A stretch of DNA of 58,963 nt from Chloroflexota bacterium (lineage in GTDB: Bacteria; Chloroflexota; Anaerolineae; SSC4; Amarolineaceae). Location: NCBI GenBank assembly GCA_036822415.1, contig DAISHS010000001.1:1-58963 (forward strand), read 5' to 3'. Under the pieces are notes generated by a model. The model saw nothing but the letters and a program-made list of their open reading frames with translations, made no database searches and was not told the origin of the DNA. Below are positions 1 through 9,564 of the stretch, one piece after another; the first letter of the stretch is position 1, and each line of letters opens with the position of its first letter. A program made the position numbers and the translations under genes.

Positions 1-6
1 GACTGG

Positions 7-1569
7 ATGGCCAGGCTGGCCGCAATGATGGGCCTCTACTTTCGGCTGCAGCTGTCGCTCTGCATCCTGGCCGCCATTCTTTTTTTGACCAACATCGCCG
101 CGCTGCCGCCGACCGCGCGTCAACCGGCCAGGTGGGTCGCGTTGGGGGCGGCCCTGGCGTTGATCTTTGGCGCGTTGGTGTCCCTGGTTCCCATGGCGCT
201 CGCCGCGATGGGCTGGCTATCTGCCGATTCTGTGCAGGCCATGACCATGCGCCAGGAACTGACCTGGGTCGCCGCGCTGACAGCGCCCGCGTCATTTGCG
301 GCCGCGATCCTGCGCTATCGCCTCTTCGACGTCGACCTGGTTCTCAATCGAACCCTCGCCTACGGCGCGCTGACCGCGGTGACGCTGGGGCTTTATCTGG
401 CGGTAGTGGCTGGGCTAAGCAGGGTGCTGCCCATCAAGAACAGTCAGTGGGCGCTGCTTCTGGGAACCGGCGTGGTGGCGATTGTGTTCGAGCCGCTGCG
501 CCAGCGCCTGCAACGGGGAGTAAATCGGCTGATGTATGGTCAACGGGATGATCCCTATGCCGTCGTTTCACACCTGGGCCAGCAGCTGGGCGGCACGCTG
601 GCGTCAGACGCCGTCGCGCCCAGCATCGTGCAGACGCTGGCGCAAACCCTGAAGCTGCCCTACGTCGCGCTGAGTCTGATCACCGCGGGCGCGGCGGACG
701 AAACGCCGCGCCGCGAGCCGTTGTCCGCCTGGGGGAAGCAACCGGTTTATGCGCTGGTGGATTTTCCCCTGCTGTATGAGCAGCAGGAAATTGGCCTCTT
801 GCAGGTCGCGCCGCGCGCGGCGGACGAGCGCCTGGCGCCTGCAGACTGGCGTTTGCTGCAAGACCTGGCCCGGCAGGTTGGGGTGGCGCTGGCGGCCGTG
901 CAGCAGGCGCGCCAGACGCAGCGGTTGGCCGCTGACTTGCAGCACGCGCGCGAGCGGCTGGTTTCCGCACGGGAAGAGGAGCGGCGCCGCCTGCGCCGTG
1001 ACCTGCACGATGGGCTTGGCCCCGCGCTCGCCAGCCTGACCCTCAAGGTGGACGCGGTGCGCGACGAATTGGATTACGATGTGCCCGCGGCCGCGGCCAT
1101 GCTGCTTGCCCTCAAGAGCGACATCCAGGCCGCTATCGTGGATATTCGCCGCCTGGTGTACGATCTGCGCCCGCCCGCGCTCGATGACCTCGGCCTGGTC
1201 ACCGCGCTGCGCATGCAAGCCATGCGCTATCAAAGCCAGCAGTTGACCATCCGCGTGGAAGCGCCGGAACTGTTGCCGCCCCTGCCCGCTGCGGTCGAAG
1301 TGGCGCTCTATCGCGTGGCGGCCGAGGCGATGACGAATGTCGTGCGCCATGCCCATAGCCAAACTTGCCTGGTGCGACTGGTCGCGGCGGCTGATCGCGT
1401 GCACATGGAGATCAGCGACGATGGCTGCGGCCTGCCCACCGCCGTGACGGCTGGCGTCGGCCTGGTGGCGATGCGCGAGCGCGCCGCCGAGCTGGGCGGC
1501 GAATGTACCATCACGTCGGCGCCAGGGCAAGGCACGCGTGTTTATCTCTGGTTGCCGCTGACGGCATAA
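7..1569 (+). CDS. Membrane sensor histidine kinase (NarX/LiaS-type: TM region, GAF-like, HisKA_3, HATPase); probably 5'-truncated by the window edge
   Basis: EERRRLRRDLHDGLGP H-box, EAMTNVVRHA N-box, DDGCG and GVGLVAMRERA G-boxes; multiple TM helices. Confidence 0.93.
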   Translation: MARLAAMMGLYFRLQLSLCILAAILFLTNIAALPPTARQPARWVALGAALALIFGALVSLVPMALAAMGWLSADSVQAMTMRQELTWVAALTAPASFAAAILRYRLFDVDLVLNRTLAYGALTAVTLGLYLAVVAGLSRVLPIKNSQWALLLGTGVVAIVFEPLRQRLQRGVNRLMYGQRDDPYAVVSHLGQQLGGTLASDAVAPSIVQTLAQTLKLPYVALSLITAGAADETPRREPLSAWGKQPVYALVDFPLLYEQQEIGLLQVAPRAADERLAPADWRLLQDLARQVGVALAAVQQARQTQRLAADLQHARERLVSAREEERRRLRRDLHDGLGPALASLTLKVDAVRDELDYDVPAAAAMLLALKSDIQAAIVDIRRLVYDLRPPALDDLGLVTALRMQAMRYQSQQLTIRVEAPELLPPLPAAVEVALYRVAAEAMTNVVRHAHSQTCLVRLVAAADRVHMEISDDGCGLPTAVTAGVGLVAMRERAAELGGECTITSAPGQGTRVYLWLPLTA

Positions 1570-1584
1570 GAAGGAGGCAGATCT

Positions 1585-2247
1585 GTGGATCGAATTACCA
1601 TTTTGATCGTTGACGATTCCGCTCCCTTCCGCGATGGGATGCGCGCCATGCTGCGCCGTGAGGCCGATATGGTCATCGTGGGCGAGGCGGCCAGCGGCGC
1701 CGAGGCGGTGCGCCTGGCCGCAGGCCAGCAGCCTGACGTCGTGCTGATGGACCTGCAGATGCCGGAGGGAAACGGCATAGAGGCCACGCGTACCATCGTA
1801 ACGGCTTCGCCTCACATCCGCGTCCTGGTGCTCACCATGTTCGAGGATAACGACTCGGTGTTTGCGGCGTTACAAGCCGGCGCACGCGGCTATATCTTGA
1901 AAGGGGCCGACAAGGGCGAGGTGCTGCGCGCCATCCGCGCTGTGCACAACGGCGAGGCGATCTTCGGGCCGGTGATTGCCCAGCGGCTGGTGCATTATTT
2001 TGCCGTACGCCAGCAGCCGGCGGCTGCGCAACCGCCCTTCCCTGAACTCAGTGACCGCGAACGCGAAATCCTCACCATGATGGCGCGCGGCAAGACCAAT
2101 CAGGAGATTGCCGATGGCCTGGTGGTCAGCCTCAAGACCGTGCGCAATCACGTCTCCAACATCTTCGCCAAACTGCAAGTCGCCGACCGCAGCCAGGCCA
2201 TTGACCTCGCGCGGCAGGCGGGCCTGGGGAAAACGTCATCCAGGTGA
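1585..2247 (+). CDS. NarL/LuxR-family response regulator
   Basis: ILIVDD and DVVLMDL receiver motifs; LSDREREIL...KTVRNHVSNIFAKL HTH; GTG start after AGGAGG. Confidence 0.96.
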   Translation: MDRITILIVDDSAPFRDGMRAMLRREADMVIVGEAASGAEAVRLAAGQQPDVVLMDLQMPEGNGIEATRTIVTASPHIRVLVLTMFEDNDSVFAALQAGARGYILKGADKGEVLRAIRAVHNGEAIFGPVIAQRLVHYFAVRQQPAAAQPPFPELSDREREILTMMARGKTNQEIADGLVVSLKTVRNHVSNIFAKLQVADRSQAIDLARQAGLGKTSSR

Positions 2248-2316
2248 TACGATCTCGCTCCTCGAATGACAATGTGAAGAGCGCATCGTGCGCCATCCAT
2301 TCACAAGGAGCGAATC

Positions 2317-3657
2317 ATGAACACGCGTAGATTTGTTTTCGTGGCGCTGGTCATCAGCCTGCTGGTCATCCTGACCAGTGCTGCCAGCGCGGCGCCGCAC
2401 CTCGTTGGCTGCACCGCCGGCGGCGTCTATGATCCCGTCTGCGATGTGAATCACGACGGGATTGTAGACATTCAGGACATTCAGCTGACCAGTGGACATT
2501 GGAATCAGACCGGAACCTGGCTCAGCGATAACAACCACGACCATCTCGGCCAGACCTGGACCGGCAGCAACAACACCTTGACCATTACCGGCGCTTTCAG
2601 TCCCAACCCGCCCTTGCTGCTGGCCAACACGACCGGCGATGGACTGCGCGCCACCACGAGCGCGACCAACGGCACGGGCGTCGAGGGTACGGCCACGGCC
2701 AGCAGCGGCACAACCACCGGCGTCGCCGGTAAATCGTTTACGATCGGCGGCGTCGGCGTGTCGGGCACAGCGTACGCAGCAAGCGGTAACTCGTATGGGG
2801 TCGTGGGGCAGTCGAGCTCGACAACGGGCCGCGGTGTGTGGGGCGTGGCCTCCGCCGTCTCGGGGATCAACGCCGGCGTCTACGGCCAATCCGTTTCCAC
2901 CGACGGCGCAGGGGTGCGCGGCTATGCCACCGCGGCCAGCGGCGTGACCTACGGGGTTTACGGTGAGGCGTCTTCGTCCGATGGACGCGCTGTCTATGGT
3001 TACGCGACCTCCGGTAGCGGCACTTCGACGGCTGTCTACGGTAAAGCGCTCTCAACCGCCGGCAGCGGCGTGATCGGCTGGGCGGCCGCTGCGTCGGGCA
3101 ATACGGTGGGCGTTTGGGGCATCGTCAACTCCCCGACCGGCAAAGGCGTTGACGGCTACGCGGCCGCCACCAGCGGCCAGTCCTACGGCGTTTACGGGCA
3201 GTCGTCTTCGCCGGCCGGCTACGCCGTCTATGGCATCAACGATGCGGCCAGCAGCGGCGGCGTTGGCGTCTACGGCCATTCAGTGAACGGGGTGGCTATT
3301 CATGCCAATGGCAACGGCGCTTCCACGACAGCCCTGCAAATCTCCAACGGTGCGCTGCGCGTGACCGGCGCCGGCCTCAATAGTTCAACGCCTGTCTTCC
3401 AGCACCAGGTGAATCACAGCGGCGCCAATGCCAATATCTGCACCGATGGCACCTTCGGTTTCTGGTACAGCTACCTGAACCATCCCCTGCTCAACAACCA
3501 CCCCGAGGCCCTGCTGATCGTGACTTCCAACTATGACGATCTGATCGTGCGCTACAGCCCCATCGGCTGCCCGGCCGGCCGCTGGACGGTGACGAAGCCC
3601 GGCATCAATCTGCCCACCGATGGCAGCCTGGTCAACGTGCTGGTGGTGCTGCCCTGA
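2317..3657 (+). CDS. Secreted protein with dockerin/EF-hand-like N-terminus and Gly-rich GVxG repeat region
   Basis: Signal peptide; CDVNHDGIVDIQDI loop; many G(V/T)xG repeats at ~12-13 aa spacing; AAGGAG RBS. Confidence 0.8.
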   Translation: MNTRRFVFVALVISLLVILTSAASAAPHLVGCTAGGVYDPVCDVNHDGIVDIQDIQLTSGHWNQTGTWLSDNNHDHLGQTWTGSNNTLTITGAFSPNPPLLLANTTGDGLRATTSATNGTGVEGTATASSGTTTGVAGKSFTIGGVGVSGTAYAASGNSYGVVGQSSSTTGRGVWGVASAVSGINAGVYGQSVSTDGAGVRGYATAASGVTYGVYGEASSSDGRAVYGYATSGSGTSTAVYGKALSTAGSGVIGWAAAASGNTVGVWGIVNSPTGKGVDGYAAATSGQSYGVYGQSSSPAGYAVYGINDAASSGGVGVYGHSVNGVAIHANGNGASTTALQISNGALRVTGAGLNSSTPVFQHQVNHSGANANICTDGTFGFWYSYLNHPLLNNHPEALLIVTSNYDDLIVRYSPIGCPAGRWTVTKPGINLPTDGSLVNVLVVLP

Positions 3658-3745
3658 CGCCGCCGAGCATTCCGCTCAAGAAACGACAGGGAGCAGGCCG
3701 TTAGCGGTCAAGGCCATGCCCGCCGATAGATTCCAGGCGGGCGCA

Positions 3746-4255
3746 TCAGGCAGGCGCGGCCTTCCTCTGGCGCAGGAAGAAGATGAAATCCAGGTCGCCT
3801 GGCGATTGACCATACGCGGTCAACGCGATGGCTGCTTCGCCGCGGAACTGGGTGCCGTGATTCACCACATGCGCCAGCAGATGCCAGAGCGCGTTTTCGT
3901 GCGGCACGCGCTTGGTGGTCTGATAACGAATGTTGCCGGTGATGTCGTCAGCGGTCAGCCCGCCCAGGTAGGCGCGCATGGCCTCTTCTTCTTCGCTCCA
4001 GAACTCACGCAGGGAAGCGAGGGTGGGAAAGCCGGTTTCCAGCAGCATGGCTGGGGGTGAGATGCCTTCCTGGCAGCGCAGCCGCCAGACAACCTCTGCG
4101 CTGAGCACATGCACCAGCGCGCCGCGCAGGCTGCCGTGGCTGAGTCCGGCTGGCGCGACAAACTGCGCGGGCGTCACCCTGGCGGCCGCGTCAAGCACAC
4201 GATGGTTGGCCCAATAGTTGTAATCGAACAGGGTTGCAATTTCGCTTGTGGTCAT
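3746..4255 (-). CDS. DinB/YfiT family protein
   Basis: FDYNYWAN, SLRGALVH, HVVNHGTQFRG motifs; start placed at the ATG after AGGAGG. Confidence 0.9.
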   Translation of the reverse strand: MTTSEIATLFDYNYWANHRVLDAAARVTPAQFVAPAGLSHGSLRGALVHVLSAEVVWRLRCQEGISPPAMLLETGFPTLASLREFWSEEEEAMRAYLGGLTADDITGNIRYQTTKRVPHENALWHLLAHVVNHGTQFRGEAAIALTAYGQSPGDLDFIFFLRQRKAAPA

Positions 4256-4474
4256 GCCTTCCTCCTGGCTACTCCCCATTCCTGCGTTGCACGAAGGCTA
4301 TTTTAACACACCTGCGGCCAGGATTGAAACAGAAGGGACAAAGGGACGCGCTGTCGTTTCGATGATCCCATTCTGCCCGCGACAATATGGCGTGCGCGGC
4401 AAAATAGCCGTAAAATAGAAGTACGACGGCCAGCAAGGCTGCCGAGCCTGACCGCAAAGCCCAATAACCGCCAA

Positions 4475-5767
4475 ATGACAAACCTAGCCATTTTAATTTT
4501 ACTCATCTTGTTCAATGGCATCTTTGCCCTCGCCGAGGCGGCGTTGATGTCCGCACGCAAGGCGCGCCTGCAAAGTCTGGCCGATGACGGCGAGCAGGGC
4601 GCGCGGGCGGCGCTGACGCTGGCCAATGACCCCACCGCGTTTCTTTCCACGGCCCAAATTGGCATTACGCTGGTGGGAATTTTCGCCGGCGCCTTTGGTG
4701 AAGCCACCCTGGCCGAGAAGTTGGCCGGCTATCTGCAGCAGGTCCCGTTCCTGGCGCCCTACAGCCGGGTGCTCAGCCTGATCGTCGTGGTGGTGTCGGT
4801 GGCCTACGTGTCGTTGGTCATCGGTGAGCTGGTACCCAAGCGCCTGGCCCTGCGCAGCCCGGAGCGACTCGCCAGCCAGGTTGCCATTCCCATGCACTTT
4901 CTATCGCGCCTGGCGTTTCCGGCGGTTCGCCTCCTTAGTTTTTCCACTTCCCTGGTTCTGCGTCTGCTGGGCGTGCACGATTCTCCCGAACCGCCGGTGA
5001 CTGAAGATGAATTGAAGGTGCTGATCGAGCAAGGAACAGCGGCCGGCGTCTTCGACGTCGCCGAGCAGGAAATCGTGCGCCGCACGTTTCGCCTGGGCGA
5101 TCGCACCGTCGCCGCCTTGATGACGCCGCGGCCCGCGATCGCCTGGCTCGATCTGGATGACGGCGCCGAGGAGAACTGGCGCAAGATCACGACATCGTCC
5201 TGGGCGCGTTTTCCGGTCGGGCGCGGCTCGCTCGATGCGGTCGTTGGCGTGGTGCGCGTCCATGACCTGCTGACCGCGCACGCCCGCGGCGAATCGCTGA
5301 CCCTGGAGGAGGCGTTGCAGCCGCCGCTGCTGGTGCCGGAAAGCACGCCCGCGCTGCGCGTTCTGGAAACCTTCAAACAGGCGCGCACGCCGCTGGTTCT
5401 GGTCCTGGACGAGTACGGCGGCGTTTCAGGCTTGCTCACGCTCAACGACATCTTGCAGGCGATTGTAGGCGATGTGTCTGACCAGGATCAGCCGGCCGAT
5501 GCGCTGGCTGTGCCGCGCGCCGACGGCTCCTGGCTGCTGGATGGGACATTGCCGGTGGATGAGATGCAGGAACTGCTCGACCTCGCGGCGCTGCCTGGCG
5601 CCGGCGCCTATGTGACCGTCGCCGGTTTCATCCTGCGCCAGCTGGGGCACATTCCCAGCGCTGGCGATCAATTCGTGTGGGGCGCCTGGCGCTTCGAGGT
5701 GGTGGATATGGACGGGCGTCGCGTGGATAAAGTGCTGGTCAGCGCCTGCCCGCCAGAATCGAATTGA
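4475..5767 (+). CDS. Hemolysin/CNNM family protein (DUF21 + 2 CBS + CorC domain)
   Basis: FLSTAQIGIT, IGELVPKRLAL, LMTPRP, DEYGG, VVDMDGRRVDKV motifs. Confidence 0.94.
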   Translation: MTNLAILILLILFNGIFALAEAALMSARKARLQSLADDGEQGARAALTLANDPTAFLSTAQIGITLVGIFAGAFGEATLAEKLAGYLQQVPFLAPYSRVLSLIVVVVSVAYVSLVIGELVPKRLALRSPERLASQVAIPMHFLSRLAFPAVRLLSFSTSLVLRLLGVHDSPEPPVTEDELKVLIEQGTAAGVFDVAEQEIVRRTFRLGDRTVAALMTPRPAIAWLDLDDGAEENWRKITTSSWARFPVGRGSLDAVVGVVRVHDLLTAHARGESLTLEEALQPPLLVPESTPALRVLETFKQARTPLVLVLDEYGGVSGLLTLNDILQAIVGDVSDQDQPADALAVPRADGSWLLDGTLPVDEMQELLDLAALPGAGAYVTVAGFILRQLGHIPSAGDQFVWGAWRFEVVDMDGRRVDKVLVSACPPESN

Positions 5768-5897
5768 ACCGGCCGCGCCGAGAACCTGCGCCCCTTATCT
5801 CGCGAGCACGCCCTGGCAAGTAACCTCATGCACGCAGCCGAGGATATTTTTCTTGCCAGGGCGCACTCCATGGTTAGTCAGGAGTAAATCTAACGGC

Positions 5898-7208
5898 CTA
5901 TTTGTCTATCGTCACCGACGCAGTCATGTTCCAGCGCAGGCGCGTATCGCTCTTCTCAGGCTCAATGACCACCTTGTAGGTGATGTCACCCTGCTTGCTG
6001 ACACCCAACGGACTGATGCTCAGCACCTTGCCCGTGATGTCCAGGTCAGGAAGGGCATCGAACGTCAGCTCAACCGTGTCGCCCACGCCGATCTTGACCA
6101 CGGCTAACTCCGTCAAATCCTGTGTCTCGATGCGCCAGGCGCTCAGGTCTGCCAGTTGCACGGTGACGGCGCCAGGTGCGATATTTTCACCGACCTTCGC
6201 GTTCAACTCAGCCACCGTACCGGCAAAAGGCGCACGCAGTTCGCTGTCAGCCAGCGCGGCTTGCGCCTGCTCCAGGCCAGCTTTGGCCGCGGCGACATCG
6301 GCTGCGGCCGCCGCCACCGCTTCTGGTCGGCTGCCGGCTTCGATCAGATCGAACTGGGCTTGCGCCCGGCGTATGTCGGCTTGCGCCACGGCAATATCTT
6401 CGGCGCGCGCCGGCACTTTGACCTTGTCCAACGTTGCCTGCGCCCGTTGTATCTGCGCCCTTGCCTGGGCAATGTCGGCAGCGCTGCCCCCCTGCGTCAA
6501 ATCTTCATAGCGCGCTTTGGCTGCCTGATAGTTGTTCGTAGCCTGCTGCAACTGCAGGGCTTCGGGGCGGGCGCCAATGTTAGGGTCGCCCTGTACCCGG
6601 TCATACGCGGCTTGCGCCTGGCGCAGCGCAGCTTCGGCGTTTGCCAGCTCAGCCTGCGCCGCAATCTTCAGTTTCTGACTGGCGCCTTCCTGCACCTTCT
6701 GCAGGGCTGCACGCGCCGCAGTCAAATCGGCCTGCGCCGCGGCGACATCCTCAGCGCGCGCGGGCGCCTGAAGCCGCGCCAGCTGCGCGCGGGCCGCATC
6801 CAGGGTTGCCTGCGCGGCGGCAATTTCCTGCGTCTGTGCGCCGGCCTTCAGTTCGGCCAGGCGCGCTTCGGCTCGACTCAAGCTGGCCTGCGCCTGCGCC
6901 AGCGTGGCCTGCGCACGCGCGTCGTTCAAACGAACCAACACCTGATTGGGCGACACTACGTCGCCTTCTTTGACCAAAACCTCGGACACGATTCCGCCGG
7001 CGGCGAAGCTCAATGCCGCCGACTGCACCGGCGCCACCCGTGCATCGGCCACCACCGCGCTTGCGCTCTGCTGGGCAGCAGGGGCGGCCTCGGCCGTCGG
7101 CGCCCTTTGCACAGCCCCGCGCCCGCTCACAATCGCCACGCTGCCGGCAATCAGCGCGACGGCCAAAACTGCGAACAGCCACTTTTTCGTCAACAAACGT
7201 TTCTTCAT
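5898..7208 (-). CDS. HlyD-family periplasmic adaptor (membrane fusion protein)
   Basis: N-terminal TM, lipoyl half-motifs (GGIVSEVLVKEGD; LRAPFAGTV), long Ala/Gln coiled coil. Confidence 0.9.
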   Translation of the reverse strand: MKKRLLTKKWLFAVLAVALIAGSVAIVSGRGAVQRAPTAEAAPAAQQSASAVVADARVAPVQSAALSFAAGGIVSEVLVKEGDVVSPNQVLVRLNDARAQATLAQAQASLSRAEARLAELKAGAQTQEIAAAQATLDAARAQLARLQAPARAEDVAAAQADLTAARAALQKVQEGASQKLKIAAQAELANAEAALRQAQAAYDRVQGDPNIGARPEALQLQQATNNYQAAKARYEDLTQGGSAADIAQARAQIQRAQATLDKVKVPARAEDIAVAQADIRRAQAQFDLIEAGSRPEAVAAAAADVAAAKAGLEQAQAALADSELRAPFAGTVAELNAKVGENIAPGAVTVQLADLSAWRIETQDLTELAVVKIGVGDTVELTFDALPDLDITGKVLSISPLGVSKQGDITYKVVIEPEKSDTRLRWNMTASVTIDK

Positions 7209-7263
7209 CTGACTTCCTCCAAGAATACATCTCTATCTTGGACGGAATTTGGATCGGGGTTAG

Positions 7264-8484
7264 TCACTCGCTTGCACTCGGTCGTTGACTTTGCGTCGTT
7301 TCGGGCGCCGACGCGATCGGCAGTGTAAACAGGAATGTCGAACCGACGCCCACGGTGCTGCGCACCCAGACGCGCCCGCCGTGCGCTTCGATCAACTGTT
7401 TGACGATGGCCAGGCCCAGGCCAAAGCCGCCGGTCGCGCGCGCGCGTGAACGGTCCGCGCGGTAAAAACGTTCGAAGACATTGGGCAGGTCCTGATAAGC
7501 AATCCCCGAACCGCTGTCCTGCACGCTTACTTCAACCTCCGGCCCGCTGACGCGCGCGCTGACGCTGATTTTTCCCGCTGCCGGCGTATGGGTGATGGCG
7601 TTGTCCAGGAGGTTGTGCAACACCTGGCCGATGCGCTCGCGGTCGGCGTAGACGCGCGGCAGCTCGTCTGGCATCTCCACCTGCAGAACGATCTCTTTAT
7701 CGGCGGCAGGCGACTGCATGGAGGTTACTGCGCGCAAAATGAGGTCGGCAGGCGCCACGGCCTGGCGCACCAACTTGAGTTGGCCGGCCTCCACAAGGGC
7801 CAGGTCTTGCAGGTCTTCCACCAGGCGGTTGAGGAGCATCGCCTCTTCGTGGATAGAATCGAGCACGATGGGACTGGGATCAGCCACACCATCTTGCAAC
7901 GCTTCGATGTAGCCCTGAATGTTGGTCAGCGGCGTGCGTAACTCATGCGCCACGTCGGTCACTAATTGACGCCGCAGCTGCTCGGTGCGCGCCAGACCGT
8001 CGGCCATGGCATTGAAGGCGTGCGCCAGCACGCCCAATTCATCGGTCGTTTCTACCTTCACGCGTTGACGCAGGTCGCCAGTTTCCATGCGCCGCACGGC
8101 TTGGGTCAACGCGCTCACCGGGCCGAGGATGCGCCGCGCCAGGGTGAGCGTCAAAATGGTGGCAACCGCGCCGGCCGCAATGATCGCTGTCAGCAGCGAA
8201 CGGTTGACGGAGCGGATGAAGACGTCCTCGCCCATGCGCGTGCCGCTGGCGACGGCCAGGTCGAAGCAACGGACGCTCATCGTGCCCCCTTCTTTGAGAT
8301 AGCTCTCGAATTGGTTGGTAATCGCCCAACTGCCGACCAGCGCGGCGATTCCCACGGTAACGATCACCACCGTGGCGAGCATCAGAAGCAGGCGGAAGCG
8401 CAGGCTGTTGAAAAGCGAAACCAGAGGCACGCTGCCCGGAGTCAAAGTACGTGGAGGCAGGCGAAAATGCAGGCTATTGGACAT
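7264..8484 (-). CDS. HAMP-domain sensor histidine kinase (BaeS-like)
   Basis: HAMP (DELGVLAHAFNAMA), DVAHELRTPL, NLLDNAI, GFGLGLAI; start overlaps the response-regulator stop. Confidence 0.93.
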   Translation of the reverse strand: MSNSLHFRLPPRTLTPGSVPLVSLFNSLRFRLLLMLATVVIVTVGIAALVGSWAITNQFESYLKEGGTMSVRCFDLAVASGTRMGEDVFIRSVNRSLLTAIIAAGAVATILTLTLARRILGPVSALTQAVRRMETGDLRQRVKVETTDELGVLAHAFNAMADGLARTEQLRRQLVTDVAHELRTPLTNIQGYIEALQDGVADPSPIVLDSIHEEAMLLNRLVEDLQDLALVEAGQLKLVRQAVAPADLILRAVTSMQSPAADKEIVLQVEMPDELPRVYADRERIGQVLHNLLDNAITHTPAAGKISVSARVSGPEVEVSVQDSGSGIAYQDLPNVFERFYRADRSRARATGGFGLGLAIVKQLIEAHGGRVWVRSTVGVGSTFLFTLPIASAPETTQSQRPSASE

Positions 8485-9178
8485 TGCTCCCTCCGTTGTA
8501 AGCGAACTTGTAACCAATGCCATAAACGGTTTGCACGTAGATCGGCTCTTCAAGATTCGGCTCGATTTTGCGGCGCAAATTCATCACATGGACATCCACG
8601 GTTCGTTCCAGGCCATCGTAATCGAAGCCAAAGGCCTGCTCCAGCAGTTCCAGGCGGCTGAAGGCGCGCCCCGGCTCCTTGATAAGGATTTCCAGCACCT
8701 TGAACTCTTTGGGCGTCAGGTGAACGAAGTTTCCTTGCAGCCGCACCTCATGCCGCACGAAATTCACAAGCAGGTCGCCGAAGCGCACCTCATCTACCTC
8801 GGATGCGCCGCTTTCACTCAAGCGACGCAGAACCGCCCGCACCCGCGCCAGCAGCTCACGCGGGCTGAATGGTTTGGTCATATAATCATCCGCCCCCAGA
8901 TCGAGGCCAACCAGCTTGTCATGTTCCGTTGATTTAGCCGTCAGCATGATGATCGGCACTCTGGATTCGCTGCGTAAGATGCGACAGACATCCAGGCCAT
9001 CCACGGTGGGCAGCATCAAATCAAGAATAATGAGATCAGGGCGCTTGTGCCGCGCCGTCAGCAGCGCCTGCTGCCCATCCTGGGCCGCGAGCACCCGGTA
9101 GCCATCTTTTTCCAGGTACATGCGGATCAAATCAACGGTTTTTTTGTCATCATCTACGATTAGAATACGGCGGTTCAT
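8474..9178 (-). CDS. OmpR/PhoB-family response regulator
   Basis: ILIVDDD, LDLMLP, GADDYMTKPF, RTVDVHVMNLRRKIE, TVYGIGYKF; AAGGAG RBS. Confidence 0.96.
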   Translation of the reverse strand: MNRRILIVDDDKKTVDLIRMYLEKDGYRVLAAQDGQQALLTARHKRPDLIILDLMLPTVDGLDVCRILRSESRVPIIMLTAKSTEHDKLVGLDLGADDYMTKPFSPRELLARVRAVLRRLSESGASEVDEVRFGDLLVNFVRHEVRLQGNFVHLTPKEFKVLEILIKEPGRAFSRLELLEQAFGFDYDGLERTVDVHVMNLRRKIEPNLEEPIYVQTVYGIGYKFAYNGGSNVQ

Positions 9179-9216
9179 CGCGATGCTCCTTGGGCGCAAA
9201 ATACAATGCTGCTGCG

Positions 9217-9283
9217 ATTATACCATTTTTCTTGTCAAGATTGAATGTGAGAATCGTGTGAAAACCATGAAGAAAACGTGAGG
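9217..9283 (-). promoter_or_regulatory. Extended -10 promoter with upstream ~11-bp-spaced direct repeats (probable autoregulatory OmpR-family sites)
   Basis: Minus strand TGGTATAAT at 9217-9225; TTCTCACA (9246-9253), TTTTCACA (9257-9264), TTCTTCAT (9267-9274). Confidence 0.55.
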
Positions 9284-9317
9284 GCCGGGCGTGCGGTGAA
9301 GTTGCTGCGCGCCAATT

Positions 9318-9417
9318 GGGTGCATTTCAGTTTCGGGGTGTAGTCCACGCAGGTGGACTTTGCAATCGCTGCAGCGACTTGCAGTCGCCCGATCTGCCCC
9401 CAGTTTGAAATGCACCC
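9318..9417. mobile_element. 100-bp MITE, copy 1
   Basis: Perfect 12-bp TIR GGGTGCATTTCA...TGAAATGCACCC; 9-bp direct repeat GCGCCAATT at 9309-9317 and 9418-9426; second copy at 47967-48066. Confidence 0.9.
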
Positions 9418-9433
9418 GCGCCAATTCAATCCC

Positions 9434-9462
9434 TTGACGGACAGCGTAACCCGTGTTATGAT
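9434..9462 (+). promoter_or_regulatory. Sigma70-type promoter of tdh-kbl
   Basis: TTGACG-17 nt-TATGAT with TG extension. Confidence 0.65.
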
Positions 9463-9564
9463 TTTAGTAATGTCATGAGGCATCATCACGCTTAGGCTGG
9501 GCGCGACAAGCCATGCTTCCCCATCTCGCCGGTCAGCGCCCGCACCTCAAAGGAGAGGTTTTCT

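Noticed and set aside
9470..9564. Glycine riboswitch before tdh-kbl
   Set aside because: The leader is ~95 nt and lacks the GGAGA/CCGAAG/CTCTCAGG core arrangement
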